Shown piece after piece: positions 58,954-64,000 of a stretch of DNA of 64,000 bases. The stretch covers positions 16,479 to 80,478 of the forward strand of contig JBGVSY010000035.1 of assembly GCA_041862235.1 (NCBI GenBank), given 5' to 3'. The notes beneath the pieces were generated by a model. That model did not search any database. It saw nothing but the letters and a program-made list of their open reading frames with translations, and had not been told where the DNA came from. The position numbers and the translations under genes are program-made. The first letter of the stretch is position 1. Every line of letters starts with the position of its first letter. Source of the stretch: Nitrososphaeria archaeon. Its GTDB lineage: Archaea > Thermoproteota > Nitrososphaeria_A > Caldarchaeales > JAVZCJ01.

Positions 58954-60143
58954 CTGATATCGACTGCTATGGAGGGTTCTGATCCAGCGTTTGTGGCTCG
59001 TCCATCTTCATGCCATCGGTACACCCTAAGTCCCCGACCACACTTGTTCACTCTGACTCCCTATACCGCGTAGCGCAGAAACCAGCAATCAATCCATCGC
59101 GATAGGATCCTTGATGTGGATGGAAGATCGTGTTGAGCACGCGCACTGGAACTTCCTTCTCCTCACACAAGCAATCCTTGTCCATCCTACCTACTAACTG
59201 CAAACATACGGGTTACTTCTTACTCGCCTTACATTGTTATGCCTCCATTCACTAGACAGAGTTACCATTTTGAGTCGTCTCTTTGACGAGGTACACCAAG
59301 CAGTTTGTCGGTCGATTACATATGCGCATCATTTTTTGAGAGCTTACTGTGGGGCGTGAATCTAGGTCATCTCCAATGGAAGCACTCGATTATGTCCCCA
59401 ACTATCTAGCGTACTTCCTCCCCCGAAGGATCGAGCGATCTATACTCTCCAAAGTCCTGCCGCTTCGCATTGGACTAACTTGTGGCATCGATCACGTTCG
59501 ACGCCAAGATTATCACATTACTGAAAGTTTCGTGGCATCGACCACAACAGTGATAAGATGCACAATACATCTTGAGGCGGATAGATTTCGGTGAACTCTG
59601 AATAATTGGGTCTTTTTATGAACGCACAACTTTTCGATTGGTGCCAACTGTGCATCCTCACAAACGGTGGGCACGACACTTAGACATCCTGAAGACATGT
59701 TCGATCAATCGACACAGGTGTAGCCTTCATCCGTTTGGAGAACACAGCAACATTCTAAGACACCGAAAGGATGTGGAGATCATGTCTGTTCAACTAAATG
59801 CGAAGATACGCCGACAACTGGGGGCTGGTTGTGGGTGCCTAGGGGAGGTTGGCCCAAATGGTCAGACCTTCCCCCTGACCACCTGGGACCTCTATATGGA
59901 AGGTTTATCCCCTGGAGACGGTGGACGTCCCTTCATGGGCGGCCCTAGGCACTATAATAAATAATTCTTCTGCATCTTAAATGTTTATGCGTTCAGGGAG
60001 ATTGAACCTACACGCCTAGCCTTTATAGATAGTGGCCAATCATTCGTACTCGAGCTATTGATTGATACTAAATGCGCAAACATTCGGGCGCAACGAAAAC
60101 GATAAAAGATAAGCTCTGACCTCTTGCGTCGGCGTTTCACGGG

Positions 60144-60854
60144 ATGATGGACATGTTCGGAAAGGCGTTGATGGCCTTCTACGAGGGAGACCCAACACCC
60201 TGTAACATTCAGCGTGATGATGGATATACACGCCAACATGATCTTGCCCTTTACTTTCGAGTGTACGAGGACTGGCCTGACTATGAGAAGAGTGCACTTG
60301 AGTACGTTAGAGGAAGAGTACTCGATATAGGTTGTGGAGCAGGCAGACACGCATTGTATCTGCAAGAAAAAAACTTCGAAGTAGTCGCTGTAGATGCTTC
60401 TCCTCTGGCAGTTGAGGTGGCACGTCTCAGGGGGGTGAAAGATTGTAGCAGAATGTACGCGCTTCAGTTAGACTTTCCACCAAAGTCATTCGACACAGTA
60501 CTACTTATGGGAAACAACTTCGGCATCGCAGGAAATGTTGAAGATACAAAGAAGTTGTTGAATTCATTAAGTGAGTTTACAACACGGAGCGCTCGTGTGA
60601 TTACGACTTGTCGCAATCCTCTTCAAACAAACAAACCCGAGCATCTTGTGTATCACGATCTAAATAGGCGGCGGGGTAGACCTATCGGTCAGATAACTAT
60701 CAGAACAGAGTACAAGGGTGAGCTCAATGATTGGTTCGATCTTTTGATGGTAGAACCCGAGGTTATGGCCGAGATTTGTGCTGAAGCTCATTGGGGCGTG
60801 GAGACATTGTTCGAATCGGAAGATACCTACTCCTCAGTTCTAACAAAGCAGTAA
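60144..60854 (+). CDS. Class I SAM-dependent methyltransferase
   Basis: Motif I VLDIGCGAGRHALYL and an acidic motif II, 236 aa. Confidence 0.7.
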   Translation: MMDMFGKALMAFYEGDPTPCNIQRDDGYTRQHDLALYFRVYEDWPDYEKSALEYVRGRVLDIGCGAGRHALYLQEKNFEVVAVDASPLAVEVARLRGVKDCSRMYALQLDFPPKSFDTVLLMGNNFGIAGNVEDTKKLLNSLSEFTTRSARVITTCRNPLQTNKPEHLVYHDLNRRRGRPIGQITIRTEYKGELNDWFDLLMVEPEVMAEICAEAHWGVETLFESEDTYSSVLTKQ

Positions 60855-61066
60855 TCTACAAGACCTCGTCCTGTAAGAGCACTTGGATCGATGTATTGTT
60901 TAGAAACTCTTCCTCAACTCCCGTGTTTTTCTGAGTCAATCGATAGACATATGTTGGTCGCTTCTTAGTCATGATCTCGGGAAGGTTAACAACTATCTTG
61001 AGCCTTGGAAAGCCTGCAAACGAATAAATTGTACTTCTCCAACCTCCTCAGCAAAAGGGTCTTCAC

Positions 61067-61870
61067 ATGTCAATCGTTTACGCGAGGAAGACCGCGGATA
61101 GACCTAGGTTTGTTCACGACATTATGAAGATCTACCAGCAAGACCTAAAAGAGATCGACGAGGTCCTTATCAAGCCAAACATAGTGTCACACGAAGAGTA
61201 CCCAACCACTACCCATCCGGAGACCCTTAGATCAGTACTCTCGTACTTAACGGAATCAGGGAAGAAATGTGTAGTCGCTGATGGACCCGCTTTTGATGCC
61301 GGGAACTCGTCGAAAATTATTGAGAACCATACACTCAACCGAGTGTGCAAGCAATTCGACGTTCGGCTTATCGACCTCTGCGGACAGAAAATGGCGAAGA
61401 GGAAATCTCCACGCGGATTCTCTCTGAAGGTATCCAAGGTTGCAAGCGAATCGACCTACACTATATCTCTCCCAGTGCTGAAGACCCACTTCCAATGCTA
61501 CTTGTCAGGTGCGCTGAAGAACCAGTTCGGATGCTTGTCAAGAATGGACAGAATCGCGGCACATATAGGACTAAAGAACATCCACAAGTGTATAGCCGAA
61601 CTGAATGTTCTTGTCAAGCCAGATCTCTTCATCGAAGATGTAGTGTACACTATGGTGAAAGCTCAGGAGATAAGACATGGAGGAGAACCAGCTCCAATCG
61701 GCCAGATGATTGGTGGGAAGGATCCAGTAGCTCTGGACGCCTATGGCCTAACACTGCTCCAGCAACTCGAGGAGACGCTGTTGCAAAGAGATGCAAACAG
61801 CATTCCGTTCATCAAACTCGCTCAACAATATGGTGTTGGGACAACACGATATAAGTTAAAATATATCTGA
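61067..61870 (+). CDS. DUF362-family protein
   Basis: IKPNIVSHEEYPTTTHPETLRSVL, LKTHFQCYLSGALKNQFG and other conserved DUF362 blocks. Confidence 0.55.
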   Translation: MSIVYARKTADRPRFVHDIMKIYQQDLKEIDEVLIKPNIVSHEEYPTTTHPETLRSVLSYLTESGKKCVVADGPAFDAGNSSKIIENHTLNRVCKQFDVRLIDLCGQKMAKRKSPRGFSLKVSKVASESTYTISLPVLKTHFQCYLSGALKNQFGCLSRMDRIAAHIGLKNIHKCIAELNVLVKPDLFIEDVVYTMVKAQEIRHGGEPAPIGQMIGGKDPVALDAYGLTLLQQLEETLLQRDANSIPFIKLAQQYGVGTTRYKLKYI

Positions 61871-62023
61871 AGCATGCAGCAACTTAACGTCACGTTGATG
61901 GATTTTTACTGCCGGTAGCTCCAATCGATCGCTAGTTCAACGGATCATGACTCCTTGGTTGGATTTGAGCGCCTCGATTTTGCCCGCTCGGAGCTAGCGC
62001 TTCAATCAACCAACAAAACACAA

Positions 62024-62602
62024 TCAAACGTTGATCAGTTCGACGAGGGCAGACAAATAGTAGACTATCTCGTTTCGACGATCCACGACCGACAGAATCA
62101 CCTTCTTCTTTAGCGCTCTGGAAACAGCAAGAAGGTGTTTTAGGCTTTCCGCACCGACATTTTTTCCCTCTACCACGGGCACCACTAAGAACTTTGCGGT
62201 GTCGGTTTCGTAAGATCCCCTCTCGAACACTCGAAACCTGAAGTCTGGACCGAAGCCTTCCTTTACTACATAGCCTCGCTTCCTGAGATCCCTGAAGACT
62301 ACATAGTCTGTCCAGATGTTTGGACTATTCGATCGATCGATCGATAGAAGTTGGTTGAAGTTTACGGTGTCTTTGTTTTTATCGGTAACTTCGATTTTCT
62401 GTCTTTCTAGCAGGTACAATGCCTCACAGGGGTGGAGAACTATCTTTCCGGTATGTTCATCTTTTTCTCCGTATCCTCTAGCAAGGTATGCGCTGCTTAG
62501 CTCGGTTATCTCTGCAGTTATCGTATCTCCGTCTAGGTGGACCGTGAAGGGTTGTTCCGGTAACTCTGTTTCCTGCTTGCCCACCTTTCTTCTCCAGATC
62601 AT
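62024..62602 (-). CDS. endA: tRNA-splicing endonuclease (EndA) catalytic subunit
   Basis: C-terminal catalytic-domain pattern YVVFRDLRKRGYVVKEGFGPDFRFRVFERG, 192 aa. Confidence 0.65.
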   Translation of the reverse strand: MIWRRKVGKQETELPEQPFTVHLDGDTITAEITELSSAYLARGYGEKDEHTGKIVLHPCEALYLLERQKIEVTDKNKDTVNFNQLLSIDRSNSPNIWTDYVVFRDLRKRGYVVKEGFGPDFRFRVFERGSYETDTAKFLVVPVVEGKNVGAESLKHLLAVSRALKKKVILSVVDRRNEIVYYLSALVELINV

Positions 62603-62655
62603 GCTAATGCTCTTATGCTTTTATCCTTTCGGTCTCGAATTCGAACACGGCTGCC

Positions 62656-63699
62656 TTACCTGAGGGCTCGTCGAATAGACTGTGACAAGGGAGGATACAG
62701 CACGCCCTTCTCCGTTATTATCCCTGTAACAAATTGCGGTGGAGTAAGGTCAAATGCAGGGTATCGGGCTTCAACTCCTTTTGGTGCTATTCTTGTTGGT
62801 CCAATCCAGATGACTTCGCGTGGATTTCTTTCCTCGATTACCACTTCCCTCACCTTGGACGCTCTGTCGAATGTTGACAACGGTGCAGCCGAGTAGAACG
62901 GTATTTTGTGTTCTCTGGCCAGTACAGCGATCTGGTACGTGCCAATCTTGTTGAAGACATGTCCCGTCGTGAGGATCCTGTCGGCTCCGACCATAACCTT
63001 GTTTACCCATTTCTTCTTCATCGTATATCCGACCATACTGTCGCTGATCAGGGTCACTGGTATCCCGTCGGTCTGAAGCTCGAAGCACGTTAGACGCGCT
63101 CCTTGAAGTGCAGGCCTTGTCTCTGTAGCGATAACTTGAATTTTTTTCCTTTGATCTATAGCCGCCCTCACTACTCCTAGAGCTGTTCCGTATCCTACAG
63201 TGGCGAGTGCTCCTGCGTTGCAATGTGTTAATACCGTGTCTCCGTCTTTGAGCAACTTAGCCCCATGTTTTCCGAGAGTTTTGTTGCAATCGACGTCTTC
63301 ATCCGCGATGAGCTGGGCCTCTTTCATGACGACATCCTTTATCTCTTCCACGTCTCCATGGACGTTGTACGCTTTTCTAAGGACTCTGTTCAAGGCCCAT
63401 GAGAGGTTGATGGCGGTTGGTCGGGTCCTCTTGATTACCAACGCAGCTTTTTCCAGCGCCCTAATCAACTGCTTTCTTCGTCTAGCGCGACTGTGATACG
63501 CGACTAGAGCCAAGCCCATCCCGGCAGCGGCACCTATCGCGGGAGCGCCTCTTACCACCATACTACGTATTGCTTTAGCCACTTGTCTGTAGTCGTCGTA
63601 AGCTAGATAGCGTAGTCGTTGTGGGAGAGCCTTCTGGTCTATCATCAATACTCGTCCATTCTTCCATTTCACACTTCTGAGATTGAAGAAGCTCCTCAT
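62656..63699 (-). CDS. eIF-2B alpha/beta/delta-family protein (MtnA-like methylthioribose-1-phosphate or ribose-1,5-bisphosphate isomerase family)
   Basis: An N-terminus with VKWKNGRVLMIDQKALP and a central GADRILTTGHVFNKIGT, 347 aa. Confidence 0.75.
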   Translation of the reverse strand: MRSFFNLRSVKWKNGRVLMIDQKALPQRLRYLAYDDYRQVAKAIRSMVVRGAPAIGAAAGMGLALVAYHSRARRRKQLIRALEKAALVIKRTRPTAINLSWALNRVLRKAYNVHGDVEEIKDVVMKEAQLIADEDVDCNKTLGKHGAKLLKDGDTVLTHCNAGALATVGYGTALGVVRAAIDQRKKIQVIATETRPALQGARLTCFELQTDGIPVTLISDSMVGYTMKKKWVNKVMVGADRILTTGHVFNKIGTYQIAVLAREHKIPFYSAAPLSTFDRASKVREVVIEERNPREVIWIGPTRIAPKGVEARYPAFDLTPPQFVTGIITEKGVLYPPLSQSIRRALR

Positions 63700-63865
63700 C
63701 GTCCTCGGGTTGACAAGGTTATCCTCTCTTAGTTAAGGTTAGCCTCGGGATGGAGGGCGTGAGTTCTCCTGAGGCTTGTCCACTGTTTTTAGGACATGTA
63801 GGCTGTGATATCTCTTGGTCAAGGTTGATGGAGGTATCACTAGTGAATGACAGGATAATCGACAG

Positions 63866-64000
63866 TTAGGACCAAACCTCGTCTGCGATATCTTCAAGAC
63901 CTACCTCTCTCAGTGTGCTTCGCCAAGGCTTCCCGGTCTTCTCATCCCACCCCATCAACCGATACACCTCCATCACCATTCCCCTTACATAAGGAGCCAT
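63866..64000 (-). CDS. C-terminal fragment of an aldehyde:ferredoxin oxidoreductase (AOR)-family protein. The gene continues beyond the window end.
   Basis: The minus strand reads MAPYVRGMVMEVYRLMGWDEKTGKPWRSTLREVGLEDIADEVWS*, matching the AOR C-terminal motif ...YYelrGWDe.tG.P...tLeelGL.... Confidence 0.5.
   Translation of the reverse strand: MAPYVRGMVMEVYRLMGWDEKTGKPWRSTLREVGLEDIADEVWS

Noticed and set aside
1-64000. CRISPR arrays, cas genes, transposases or integrases
   Set aside because: No regularly spaced direct repeats and no recognisable transposase or integrase ORFs were seen anywhere in the window.

Overview
This 64-kb window is archaeal chromosomal DNA of about 50% GC. A eukaryote-like gene set (Elf1, a ubiquitin homologue ending in GG, a short-form XPF nuclease, Orc1/Cdc6, PCNA) and multi-intron tRNAs point to the TACK superphylum, for example Bathyarchaeota, Korarchaeota or Verstraetearchaeota.

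Main content:
- **Core and housekeeping genes.** These are a partial MetRS, FtsZ preceded by a CdrS-like ribbon-helix-helix (RHH) gene, PCNA, HisRS, thymidylate kinase, phosphoglycerate kinase, the GGGP and DGGGP ether-lipid synthases, and tRNA-splicing endonuclease EndA.
- **Predicted replication origin.** It lies directly upstream of orc1/cdc6, with two inverted origin-recognition-box (ORB) elements and an AT-rich GTAAT-repeat tract.
- **ParA/SegA-like ATPase** with a small partner gene, downstream of a 2.2-kb ORF-free region carrying strong palindromes.
- **Corrinoid methyltransferase operon**: a URO-D/MtaA-like gene, a B12-binding corrinoid protein, and an MttB-superfamily methyltransferase with no pyrrolysine (no in-frame TAG).
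- **Glycosylation and surface cluster**: an epimerase, a Gfo/Idh/MocA oxidoreductase, a degenerate NDP-sugar dehydrogenase, DUF354, a large GT-C membrane glycosyltransferase, a GT4 enzyme and repeat-rich surface proteins.
- **A separate JAMM/MPN protease**, 20 kb from the ubiquitin homologue.
- **Four tRNA genes.** At least three carry two or three introns, including non-canonical positions in the T-loop, the variable region and the D/anticodon junction.

Genome-wide oddities are a self-complementary (CGAT)n/(GATC)n motif concentrated in intergenic DNA, several unusually long ORF-free stretches for an archaeon, and an MFS transporter remnant interrupted by two in-frame TAA codons.
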